NCBI GenBank assembly: GCA_950097015.1
Contig: CATNEN010000039.1
Span: forward strand, 496,001 to 560,000
Length of the DNA stretch: 64,000 nt
Direction: 5' to 3'
Source: Macrostomum hystrix
Lineage: Eukaryota; Animalia; Platyhelminthes
Under the pieces are notes generated by a model. The model had not been told where the DNA came from. It saw only the letters and a list, made by a program, of their open reading frames with translations, and made no database searches. The position numbers and the translations under genes are program-made. Within the stretch, counting starts at the first letter, position 1. Every line of letters begins with the position of its first letter. This document shows, one piece after another, positions 37,507 to 48,349 of this stretch.

Positions 37507-40500
37507 GGCCTATATATGATTTAGCACACAATAGCTTCATAAAATAGAAAAGGAATGAGGATAGTTACTATGGTTCATAATTCTGATATTGATGGAATTT
37601 TCTTACATAAAATGATCTCTGTTGGCATACACTAGTGGACTGTCTAATCTATTTGGTCCACTGAATGCACATCAGCTTTAAATATCTAAATAACTGGTGT
37701 AGGGGCCTACTATTTTCTAAATAATGAATAAACAATCTAGCCTTGGCATACATTTTTGCTAGAAATGCCTGGCTTACAAAACAAAGATGACTGAACTTCG
37801 CTTTTATCTGGTACACACCAACAACCATCCACCCTGTGCAATATGGACTATGAGTATGACATGAATCATAATAGCAAATTATGGATATAAAAAACACCAC
37901 ACAATAAACACTCAAGGACAACTAAATAAATACCGTTTGACATCTCAAGAATTTATTAGTACTTCCTTGACTCCTTGTAAACACTTAGTGCATTATAAAT
38001 ATATATATATAGACTTTACATGCGCATCATGCGTCATGACTCATTATTCATGAAAATTTATTTAGTTTAGACCAAGGGATTTGTCTTAGCTTTTTACTTT
38101 TGTCGTTTTAAAAATAAAAAAGTAAAAAGTAAAGACAGAGTAGCGATCAGTAAAAAGAAATATTCTAATTTTCACCACAGAACATTTTAGAATAAGCTCA
38201 CAAACTTTGACCTTTGTGAAACTTACGTAATGCATATTTTAAGACTAAAATTTTTGATCAAATGCCATTTCAAATTGATCATCAAGATCATATATAACAA
38301 TATAAAAAATAAAAGGAAAAAATGCTGACGACAAGAAAGTCAAATATATGTGTTTACAATCAGCCATAATAATATTTACTGAAAAATAGTATGTCCCATC
38401 AAAAGCATTATTGAACATTTTTGCGAGAATAAGAAACATTTTTGAAACTGATAAGAAAGTATAGTTTATCTACTTTTGTTTTAAAAAGGGTTACCTTATC
38501 TAAGTTCCGGACGCTGGGCGCTTAAATCCAGGCCGGAAATGCTTAATGCATCATCGAAGCGCACTATCCTGGTCACAGGGCTGCCGCTGATTATTATTCC
38601 TTTTGATTATTTTAAGAATTGCAAGAACATTGTACGAGCGTATTTGCATGGCTCGCATGACTCGCGTACACGGTGAGGCGCCCGTTGATCGATACGGCCC
38701 AGGAACGGGTGGAAGAGTTTCTATTATACAAACTTTCTTGAAGGTACAGTTAATATTTTTTACATTTAAATGGTATTGATTTCTCTAAAGCGAATCGTTG
38801 TATTTTTACACGAATGTTATTAGTCATCGTGAGTGCACGCTTTTGTCAATTTAAGTGAAGGAGCTCTTCGATCGGTCTCTAGAAATTGTGGTTCTTTTGT
38901 AATTAGCAGAACGAGGCAAATATGGTTTCACAACTAATTCATTCTGAGTACTCCATCAATCCATCTAAGTGGGTAAATTTGGAAAATTTACGGTTGATAG
39001 AATTGTGTCGGCTCTACATTTGTGTGGCGTGCCCTTGACTAAGCAGCAACGTCACACTTAACTCAAGTCGTAAAAATTGTGAATCGAGGAGTAGTGGCCG
39101 GGTTTTTTGTTTGAGCCGGGTCGAAACAAGGACCGCAATAGTTAGTTTGTATTCTCTGTGGGTCTAACGTGATCAATTTTTAACCTTTTGTCGAAGATAA
39201 TCGAGAAATGATGCGCAATCATTCGATCCCTTCTCCAGAATCCTAAACGTTTACTGTTTGCAATGCTATCAACAGCAAGCTTCAATTCTGGATAAAACTT
39301 TAATTACCTATGCAGCCCTTTAGCAGACGTTGAGACGAAGCATGAACATTTTCCTCAACTTATCCATCGCTATATATGCACGGCAGATACTCATTACTGA
39401 GAATATATACACGGACTTCTCAGGGCCTACTAAATTAACTTCTACGTAGAGAAGTAAACGCAAGAATACATATGTTTATGTGTTTACATTTTCATGCAAA
39501 GGACTGCCAAATTATAAGTCTACTAACCTTGCACAAACTAAAACACTGGTGTTCCTTGGTCCACCGACACTTGTATGACGGTCGACTTGTGGTCCGCATC
39601 TCCTAGTGCCATTACGTATGTTAAATGTAAGCCGCCTGTGGCTTCTATAGCGCGTCCAATTTATCAATATGCACGTCCCTAAACATCAGCCCAGAAAAAC
39701 GAGTATATCATCAAATTTGATCGCCATTAGATGATGAAGCCTATGAAATTGACTATACTAGTTAGCTCGAATTAACCTGCATCAAATTATTCTCTTTAAG
39801 GCGATGATATCCCGGCCCATTCGGTCTCTTTGCAAGCCATGGGCTTGACGCCGTCCTACTATTCTACCCGTGTAGTCAATGCTAGGCAGTGAATGCAAGT
39901 GGTGGCATATTTTTGCGCTGAATCGCATGCGGCTCTATTGAGAAACACCCGGTCACTTGGTAAACACAACTGACCACTCCGGCCATAAACAAAAGTTGAA
40001 AGAGGAGCAACTGGCAGCGTCCGTGCGTCATGCGGGCTCTCGCTAAAATTGATGCCGCCACAGAGCGCGGCGAATCCCTTTGAATTTTTAACTACGCGCC
40101 GGACAAGCTATGGAATAAAGCAGCCTTACGCAATGCGGATTGCCGGATTGACAGAATAACTGCATGGCTTCCCTCTATAAACTCTATAACGATTGCCAAG
40201 AACAGAGACCAGAGCCGCAAAGTCCCTGTTTTAAGCAATTACACTTATTAGATTTGGCAATTAAGAAATTGTCTTCGCAAGCATAAGTCTTCATATTGAA
40301 TACAGTTAGTCTTTGGCTTGAACCGGTGGCAATGCCAAGAGTTAGGCAGTGACGCATTTGAATACAAAAATCGGCGCTGAAATTGCATGGCAATTCGAGA
40401 GCATGGCCTTAGAAAATCTGAATCCCGCAGCGACCGCACCTACAGCCGCCCCGACCAATGACCTGGGGCAGGCAGCCTTGAACTGCGCCTCATTGGCCAA

Positions 40501-40596
40501 TGGCACCTCGCTGCCCCCCCCCTGTGATTTCCGTCAGTGAAGCGACGACAATATAAAAACAGCGGTCAAGAGAGAACAGTCCAAGTCAGCTGAAGC

Positions 40597-42571
40597 ATGC
40601 AGTCTGCAGTTGAAGGACATTGCCACAGCCTTCACATGGGCGCCCCTGACAGGCCGGTAGAGCGACAACTGCCGCAGCATTACCACATCCAGCTGCATGT
40701 GGCGCATCGCCAGTGCTGCAGTTGCTACGGACCCTGTGATTTGGCCGGCTCTGGCTGCTGGCGAGCGGTGGCCCAAGGCGCAACCAGAGCACCGCTGTGC
40801 GCTGCCAAGCTCACAGAAGGAAGCTCGAATTCTCGCTCTGCCGCCGAGCCGGCTGTTGCAGATGGAACTAGAAGGCCAGCATTCAAGTGGATGAGCATCC
40901 GCCGACCTGTAGCTTCTCATGGTGAACCCTGCTGCCGTCTGGGGCGCAGACTGCATTATATTTGGGGGACGATAACATAAACAAGCATGCTCGAAAGGAT
41001 TTGAGGCCACAAGCATGAATTTGGGGCAACCAGCATGAATTTGGGGCCACGAGCATGAATTTGGGGCCACCAGCATGAATTTGGGGCCACCAGCATGAAT
41101 TTGGGGCCACCAGCATGAATTTGGGGCCACCAGCATGAATTTGGGGCCACCAGCATGAATTTCAGGCAACCAGCATGGATTTGGGGCAACCAGCATGGAT
41201 TTGAGACCACCAGCGTGGATTTGAGGCCACCAGCGTGGATTTGAGGCCACCAGCATGGATTTGGGGCCACCAGCATGGATTTCGAGATGCCAGCATGGAT
41301 TTCGAGATGCCAGCATGGATTAGGGTTGCCAGCATGGATTAGGGTTGCCAGCATGGATTTGGGTTGCCAGAATGGATTAGGGTTGCCAGCATGGATTAGG
41401 GTTGCCAGCATGGATTTGGGTTGCCAGAATGGATTAGGGTTGCCAGCATGGATTAGGGTTGCCAGCATGGATTTGGGTTGCCAGAATGGATTTGTGGTGC
41501 CTGCATGGATTAGGGGTGCCAGCATGGATCTGGCGTGTCAGCAGGGATTTGTGGTGTCAGCAGGGATTTGTGGTGCCTGCACGGATCTGGGTGTCAGCAT
41601 GGATTAGAATTGCCAGCATGGATTAGGGGTGCTAGCATGGATTAGGGTTGCCAGCATGGATTAGGGGTGCCAGCATGGATTTGTGGTGCCTGCATGGATT
41701 AGGGGTGCCAGCATGGATTTGGAGTGGCAGCACGGATTAGGGTTGCCTGTTACTACACTGCATCCGGAGTATTGTGTGGGCAGCATGTGGGAGTTACTAC
41801 ACTGCATCTGGAGTGTTGTGTGGGCAGCATGTGGGAGTTACTACACTGCATCCGGAGTGTTGTGTGGGCAGCATGTGGGAGTTACTACACTGCATCTGAA
41901 GTGTTGTGTGGGCAGCATGTGGGAGTTACTACACTGCATCTGGAGTGTTGTGTGGGCAGCATGTGGGAGTTACTACACTGCATCCGGAGTGTTGTGTGGC
42001 CAGCATGTGGGAGTTACTACACTGCATCTGAAGTGTTGTGTGGGCAGCATGTGGGAGTTACTACACTGCATCCGGAGTGTTGTGTGGGCAGCATGTGGGA
42101 GTTACTACACTGCATCCGGAGTGTTGTGTGGCCAGCATGTGGGAGTTACTACACTGCATCCGGAGTGTTGTGTGGGCAGCATTTGGGAGACCCCAATCGA
42201 TATTGAATTTCATTCCGAATCAAAAACAAAAATCTGGACTGCAGGGAAATAATGGCTGTATTTGTGAGATGAGTACAGAAAGCCAATGACACACTGCCGC
42301 TTTAATTGCAGCACAAGCAGAGAGGCGCCAACAGCAAAAGCCGTGGAGTCAGCAGCAGCAGCAGCAGCAGCAGCAGGCCAGGACCAGCTTCAGCACGCGG
42401 CAGCTGACTGAGTTGGAGAAGGAGTTTCACTTCAGCCGGTACCTGACGCGGTCCCGCCGTCTGGAGATCGCGGCCGGCCTGGCTCTCACGGAGGCGCAGG
42501 TGAAGATCTGGTTTCAAAACCGGCGCATGAAGGACAAGAGGCGCCAGCGTGAGCAGTCGGTTGCACCCTGA
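40597..42571 (+). CDS. Hox1: Labial/Hox1-class homeobox transcription factor, 2 exons, ~194 aa
   Basis: Exon 40597-40921 carries hexapeptide 'AFKWMSIRR'. Phase-1 intron 40922-42311. Exon 42312-42571 encodes homeodomain [56 protein letters not shown]. '[11 protein letters not shown]' is typical of paralog group 1. Start codon uncertain. Confidence 0.85.
41012..42182. repeat. Two abutting minisatellites in the Hox1 intron (~20-bp unit at 41012-41747; 44-bp unit at 41749-42182)
   Basis: Units cagcatgaatttggggccac (drifting along the array) and gttactacactgcatccggagtgttgtgtgggcagcatgtggga. Confidence 0.93.
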
Positions 42572-42748
42572 GCCCCGGTTGCATTCGACACTCAACTGCG
42601 AAAATGTATAACGAATGTATCAAGTAAACCTGCACGCAGATTATCAAGGTAGAAAGCTGATTTCTGGCTCGCCTTGTTGAGCCGAAGGCAAAAGCTGATT
42701 GATTTTGTTTCTTTGCTGATTGGCTTATGAGAACAACATGAGACATGA

Positions 42749-43053
42749 GGGGATTTTAGCCTAGTGGTTAGAGCGTCAGACTCACGACTTGAAGGTCGGC
42801 GGTTCGATTCAGCTCCACATGAAAAATTTTGCTTTTTAGCAAGGCACTTTACTCTGCAGTGCTTCAGTTCACCCAGCTGTTAAATGGGTGCCAGCATCAG
42901 CTGGGATAATTGAGGTTGGGTGTGGCGTCCCCCCAGTCCATGGACTGAACAGCCGCACGCAGCCTTCAGATGCGCCGCGCAATAGCTGCGGCTGTGCTGT
43001 CGGCTGCACATCTGGCCCTATCGGGGCATGTGTAACAAATTATTTATTTATTA
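42749..43053 (+). mobile_element. tRNA-derived SINE with CORE-like central domain
   Basis: tRNA-like head with A box TAGCCTAGTGG (42757) and B box GGTTCGATTC (42801). 42839-42888 GCAAGGCACTTTACTCTGCAGTGCTTCAGTTCACCCAGCTGTTAAATGGG resembles the recalled CORE/MIR consensus. (TTTA)n tail at ~43040. No clear TSD. Confidence 0.75.
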
Positions 43054-43159
43054 ATGATGCAATGCAGAAATGCGTATACTGAATAGGGGCAAGGAAGTGC
43101 TCTCCTTACGGCTAGCTTGATATTCCTTGAACCCAAGGGACCAATTTTCTAATCATTTG

Positions 43160-43741
43160 GATCTCCACCTTGATCTCCACCTTGATCTCCACCTTGATCT
43201 CCACCTTGATCTCCACCTTGATGTCCACCTTGATGTCCACCTTGATCTCCACCTTGATCTCCACCTTGATCTCCACCTTGATCTCCACCTTGATGTCCAC
43301 CTTGATGTCCACCTTGATCTCCACCTTGATCTCCACCTTGATCTCCACCTTGATCTCCACCTTGATCTCCACCTTGATTTCCACCTTGATCTCCACCTTG
43401 ATCTCCACCTTGATTTCCACCTTGATCTCCACCTTGATCTCCACCTTGATCTCCACCTTGATCTCCACCTTGATCTCCACCTTGATGTCCACCTTGATCT
43501 CCACCTTGATGTCCACCTTGATCTCCACCTTGATCTCCACCTTGATGTCCACCTTGATCTCCACCTTGATCTCCACCTTGATCTCCACCTTGATCTCCAC
43601 CTTGATCTCCACCTTGATGTCCACCTTGATGTCCACCTTGATCTCCACCTTGATCTCCACCTTGATCTCCACCTTGATCTCCACCTTGATCTCCACCTTG
43701 ATCTCCACCTTGATGTCCACCTTGATCTCCACCTTGATCTC
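43160..43741. repeat. 12-bp tandem repeat (atctccaccttg), ~48 copies
   Basis: Seen directly. It generates several spurious ORFs. Confidence 0.97.
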
Positions 43742-44595
43742 ATTTTTAGTCGTTCAACAGTCGGCTGCTTACTTTCTGTCCACCAGTTTTTTATTTCTTA
43801 CTCAGTCCACGTGTCTTAAAATCCTTCATGACCTTCATAGCCTCCACATGACCTTTTCTGGTACATTTTTCATTTCCCGTTGTAGGCCAACGTTCCTCTA
43901 TTTTCACTTCTCTCTCTGTTCTTACTGTTCTTGCAGCCTGTTATTGATACGCCCGCATTTCAAACGATGTCCTTTCGGTACTCCACAATGCCTCCGACTC
44001 CCTGGACCTATTTATGATCTCCTCTATATCTCGCCCCTGCCTGATCCTCTCCGAGTATCTCTCACACCCATCGAATCTGCCATGGATCGCAGAAAAACAG
44101 ACCGGCCTCTTGAAACCGGAAGGAAGGCGGCACCAGTTGCTAGGCCAGCCCAACAATAGCAGCCGTGCAGCCAGCAGGTCCCAGGCTGCAGGGTCTGGGG
44201 CGCCTCTTAGTGAAAGAGGCAGCGAGCAGCCCTGATGGATGAGCCCCGTGGCCGCCTATGACGGCTGCGCTGCCCACCCCATCCTCGCTTCCCCATCCCC
44301 TGCGACTAAACAGGGGATGCGCCGGCAACGAAGCAATCGGTGGCGACAACAGGTCATTCGTCATTCGGTTGCGCCGCAGCTCTTCAGACTACGCGATGCC
44401 AGTCTGGCACGCATCCCAGCTGTGGAATGCAGCCAGGTGCCTCCTGATCATAAGTGATTAGCGGCTGCTGCCCCAAGCAATGTCTTCTTCATGCCGCCTC
44501 TGCGAGCCTACCTGCCACACTGAGGTGTTCGCATTATTCCCATTATCAGTTTATTGATTCAGACACCACCTACCTGGCATTCTGATTGTGTAGCC

Positions 44596-45304
44596 ACAAT
44601 TCGCAATTCAAGGCTTGGCTAGAGTTAGGGCTCATTGCAGACTGGACACAGTTCGCAATTCAAGGCTTGGCTAGAGTTGGGGCTCATTGCAGACTGGACA
44701 CAATTCGCTATTCAAGGCTTGGCTAGAGTTAGGGCTCATTGCAGACTGGACACAATTCGCAATTCAAGGCTTGGCTAGAGTTGGGGCTCATTGCAGACTG
44801 GACACAATTCGCTATTCAAGGCTTGGCTAGAGTTGGGGCTCATTGCAGACTGGACACAATTCGCAGTTCAAGGCTTGGCTAGAGTTGGGGCTCATTGCAG
44901 ACTGGACACAATTCGCTATTCAAGGCTTGGCTAGAGTTGGGGCTCATTGCAGACTGGACACAATTCGCTATTCAAGGCTTGGCTAGAGTTGGGGCTCATT
45001 GCAGACTGGACATAATTCGCTATTCAAGGCTTGGCTAGAGTTGGGGCTCATTGCAGACTGGACACAATTCGCTATTCAAGGCTTGGCTAGAGTTGGGGCT
45101 CATTGCAGACTGGACACAATTCGCTATTCAAGGCTTGGCTAGAGTTGGGGCTCATTGCAGACTGGACACAATTCGCTATTCAAGGCTTGGCTAGAGAATT
45201 GGGGCTCATTGCAGACTGGACACAATTCGCTATTCAAGGCTTGGCTAGAGTTGGGGCTCATTGCAGACTGGACACAATTCGCTATTCAAGGCTTGGCTAG
45301 AGTT
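44596..45304. repeat. Minisatellite, 52-bp unit, ~13 copies
   Basis: Unit acaattcgctattcaaggcttggctagagttggggctcattgcagactggac. Confidence 0.95.
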
Positions 45305-46523
45305 AGGCGCCAGACAAACTTCCAGTTGGTCTTAACTTTTCAAATCAATATATTGATTCCTCAAGACGCTTCTTGTTTTGGTTTATTTTAAGGAAGCGCA
45401 TTAAAATGTCCTCATAGCACTACTGAAAGCAGACATAGCTGCAATTCGTCCATGGTATGCGAGTCACCGGGACCATAGTAAGCAAGAGAGTTCATCAGCT
45501 TTCCTCAGAAAAAGTGCATCATGAAGAGAAACACAGAGGAAGTTATCAGCCGAGAAGTGCCCGCAGCCAGCATCATCCGACTGTCTCAGCATTTCATCAA
45601 TTATACGGCCAGGAAATTTGCAGCCGGGTGCCCGCTGCCTACTTTGGGCAAAGTGCGAGCCACAGTGAGGCCGGGGCTCGCTTCCTGGACTTTCAGTCTT
45701 TAGCCCGTGCCGAGGTGTGCAGGAGTGCGCGGGTCCTGGTCTAATGCGATTCCGCCAGATTGAGGCTGGATGGTGAGTGCTCGACGAGTGAATTGGGGTG
45801 CACCACCGTCTCCAGGGGGATCGGCTGAAGTGGCTGCCTTTCCAATAACTTCGCACCGCCCACAGGACTGCAGCCGTCCTGCGCTTTCACCCCAGCCTCC
45901 CTGCGTGATCTTGGGCAACTAGCCAGATTGGTATGAATTTTTCTGCATTTTCGAGTCAGGCCCACTTTGTTTAGTTACAGGCAAGACGAATCAGCTGTTC
46001 CTCTGCTCATCTTGTCTCTCTATGATTTATGTCTCATTATGATGTCGGTCGCATCTCAGTTGCATCTCATTAGCATCCCATTAGCGTCTCATTCGCATCT
46101 CACTCGCATCTCACTCGCATCTCACTCGCATCTCAATCGCATCTCAATCGCATCTCACTCGCATCTCATTCAATGCTCGTTACTAAGCTGATCAATCCAA
46201 TTTAATCAGCCGCTCAGTGCCCGCAACTCGCTGCCAAGGTGTGAATCCCGCAAAGCTCTTCTTGCCAGTTGCTTCTTCCGTTGCCTCTCCTAGCTGCAGT
46301 TCGCAGCTGACTGCAGACGGGAGGACATGTAGATCGGGACTTCCCCGCAGATTGCAGCCCTGACCAGCACTCACATGATGTAATTAACAAACTCTGAAGT
46401 TAGAGAGGATCTCGCTAGGCTTCCCAGCTTCCCGTCCAATGCTTCCCTTAGCATTCTGCTCACTTGGAATGATGAAGCCCTGCCCGCCGTCCCCTGCTCA
46501 GAATGAGCAGCTGAGAACCGCTC

Positions 46524-46613
46524 TAACCCTTGCCGTAACCCTAGCTCTAACCCTAGCTCTAACCCTAGCCCTAACCCTAGCCCTAACCCTAGCCCTAACC
46601 CTAGCCGTAGCCC
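46524..46613. repeat. Interstitial telomere-like repeat (CCCTAA/CCCTAG alternation)
   Basis: taaccctagccc repeated, i.e. TTAGGG-related on the minus strand. Confidence 0.6.
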
Positions 46614-46847
46614 TGCTGCGAACCAGCAAGCCTTCCGCCCTCTCCCGGCTGCGCAGAGGAAGGGAGGCCGGGCGAGTGTGATTGATGCAGGCGGAAAGCT
46701 CTCTTAATTAATATTGGAATCTGATTACTGCGCGCCATGACCACAGCAAGGCGATCGGAAATGCCTGGCTTGCCTTCCAATCAGCTGGCAATCGATTCAA
46801 TCGATCCTGTGTTGTCAATGCGAGCCAGGGGATAAAGCTGCTGGTCA

Positions 46848-47109
46848 TGGACACTGTGCAGGACACAGTGCTGGACACTGTGCTGGACACAGTGCTGGAC
46901 ACAGTGCTGGACACAGTGCTGGACACTGTGCTGGACACTGTGCTGGACACTGTGCTGGACACTGTGCTGGACACTGTGCTGGACACTGCTGGACACAGCT
47001 GGACACTGTGCTGGACACAGCTGGACACAGTGCTGGACAGTGCTGGACACAGCTGGACACTGTGCTGGACACAGCTGGACACAGTGCTGGACAGTGCTGG
47101 ACACAGCTG
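46848..47109. repeat. 12-bp minisatellite (ggacactgtgct)
   Basis: Seen directly. Confidence 0.9.
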
Positions 47110-47908
47110 CGCAGCTAGCAGCTACAAAAGCAAAGTCTAGAGATTTCCGCGCGTCTTAACTGGAGCAAGGAATTGCTGGGAGAGAGAATCCGCAAGCATC
47201 TCAGATCCCAGTTCAAAGCCCACCTGCCTTATGGCAGCGGATTCGTTGGTGATGAAGCCCCGCCGCTCAGACCCTCCTTTATTCCCAGCTTCTAGAAGCA
47301 GCTTATTCTCAGTTCAGACTTCGCCGCAGTCTGGGGATATTGCGGAATGAAAGCTTAGTCAGAATGGCCAAGCTCATCTCCAGAGCTTCTGCAGCTCAAT
47401 CAATGAGTTTCTTACGACATCGGAGGATTGTACTCTTGCGCTTGTATTTTGCGATTCGCGGCAATCGACTTAAAATTAACAGCTACTCTGTCAATATTCC
47501 AGCTCTGAGTGCGACTAAAGGGCTCAGCAGTTACTATGGAGAATACGTTAAGGCGGATCAGCCACCCCGCTACTATTTTTTAACAATGCACAACATCTAA
47601 TCTGCATCGATGAGAAGATAAGGATTGTGATGACAATTTCTATGCTACTGAACATGGACACGAAGGACATGGATACGGAACAGGGGTTTTTATTCTATGT
47701 CCGCCAACCATTAGCATATAGCATGAATTCAGCCACATAGTCACTAACATACATGATACCATGCCATCAAAAGCCAATGCTTCAGGCACACTATCAGTTG
47801 GTTATGCAGCAGTTAAATTTCTACTTGAATACCCAGCCCGTATCCTTTGCTCTTCTGTCCTTAGTCCAGCTCAAGTTGAAAAGTACATCGTTTGTTGAGT
47901 CAGCCGGG

Positions 47909-48349
47909 TCAGTCCTGCTCTTGAATCGATCCCAAGTTCTGCAGGGTACTGAAGTCGAAAGAGCGCCTGCGCTGCCGACTGTTGTCCACAGGCAGGGGCA
48001 TCGTGTCGATGGCCACCCGCTGCGCCGGCTCGGGCAGGCACTCCAGCAAGCTGCCTGCTCCTGCGACTTCCTGCTGGTGCCGAATACTCAGATCCCGCAA
48101 ACGAGCGTGCAGTTGCTGCTGCTGTTGCTGCTCTGAGCCACCTTCACCCAGCAGATCCTCGTGCACCGAGGGCAGCGATCGAGACCTTCGAGATCTGGGA
48201 GCAGGCGGCGACAGTTGCATCTGGTGCTGCGGCTGCTGCGGCGGTTGCCTGCTGCGGTGCGCTACGGCAGCATCTGGAACCTCCTCCTCAGGTGGGCCCG
48301 CAGCCACGACTTCTATGCGGATCCCTGCGGGGCAGGTTGGTGACTGCAT
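47909..48349 (-). CDS. Small orphan, probably disordered protein (~146 aa; polyQ, RSRSLP and RRRSF motifs), or last exon of a gene
   Basis: GC-rich exon-like composition like neighbouring genes, acceptor-like gccccgcag upstream, AATAAA on the minus strand at ~47690. No recognised domain. Confidence 0.45.
   Translation of the reverse strand: MQSPTCPAGIRIEVVAAGPPEEEVPDAAVAHRSRQPPQQPQHQMQLSPPAPRSRRSRSLPSVHEDLLGEGGSEQQQQQQLHARLRDLSIRHQQEVAGAGSLLECLPEPAQRVAIDTMPLPVDNSRQRRRSFDFSTLQNLGSIQEQD

Noticed and set aside
42749-42820. Functional tRNA gene
   Set aside because: Acceptor and anticodon stems pair poorly, and the sequence continues into a CORE-like domain and tail. It is better explained as a SINE head.
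43112-44159. Long ORFs with KVEI, SRWR, DLHL and ISTL repeats
   Set aside because: All arise from a 12-bp repeat that is stop-free in several frames. There is no unique coding flank or clear splice support.
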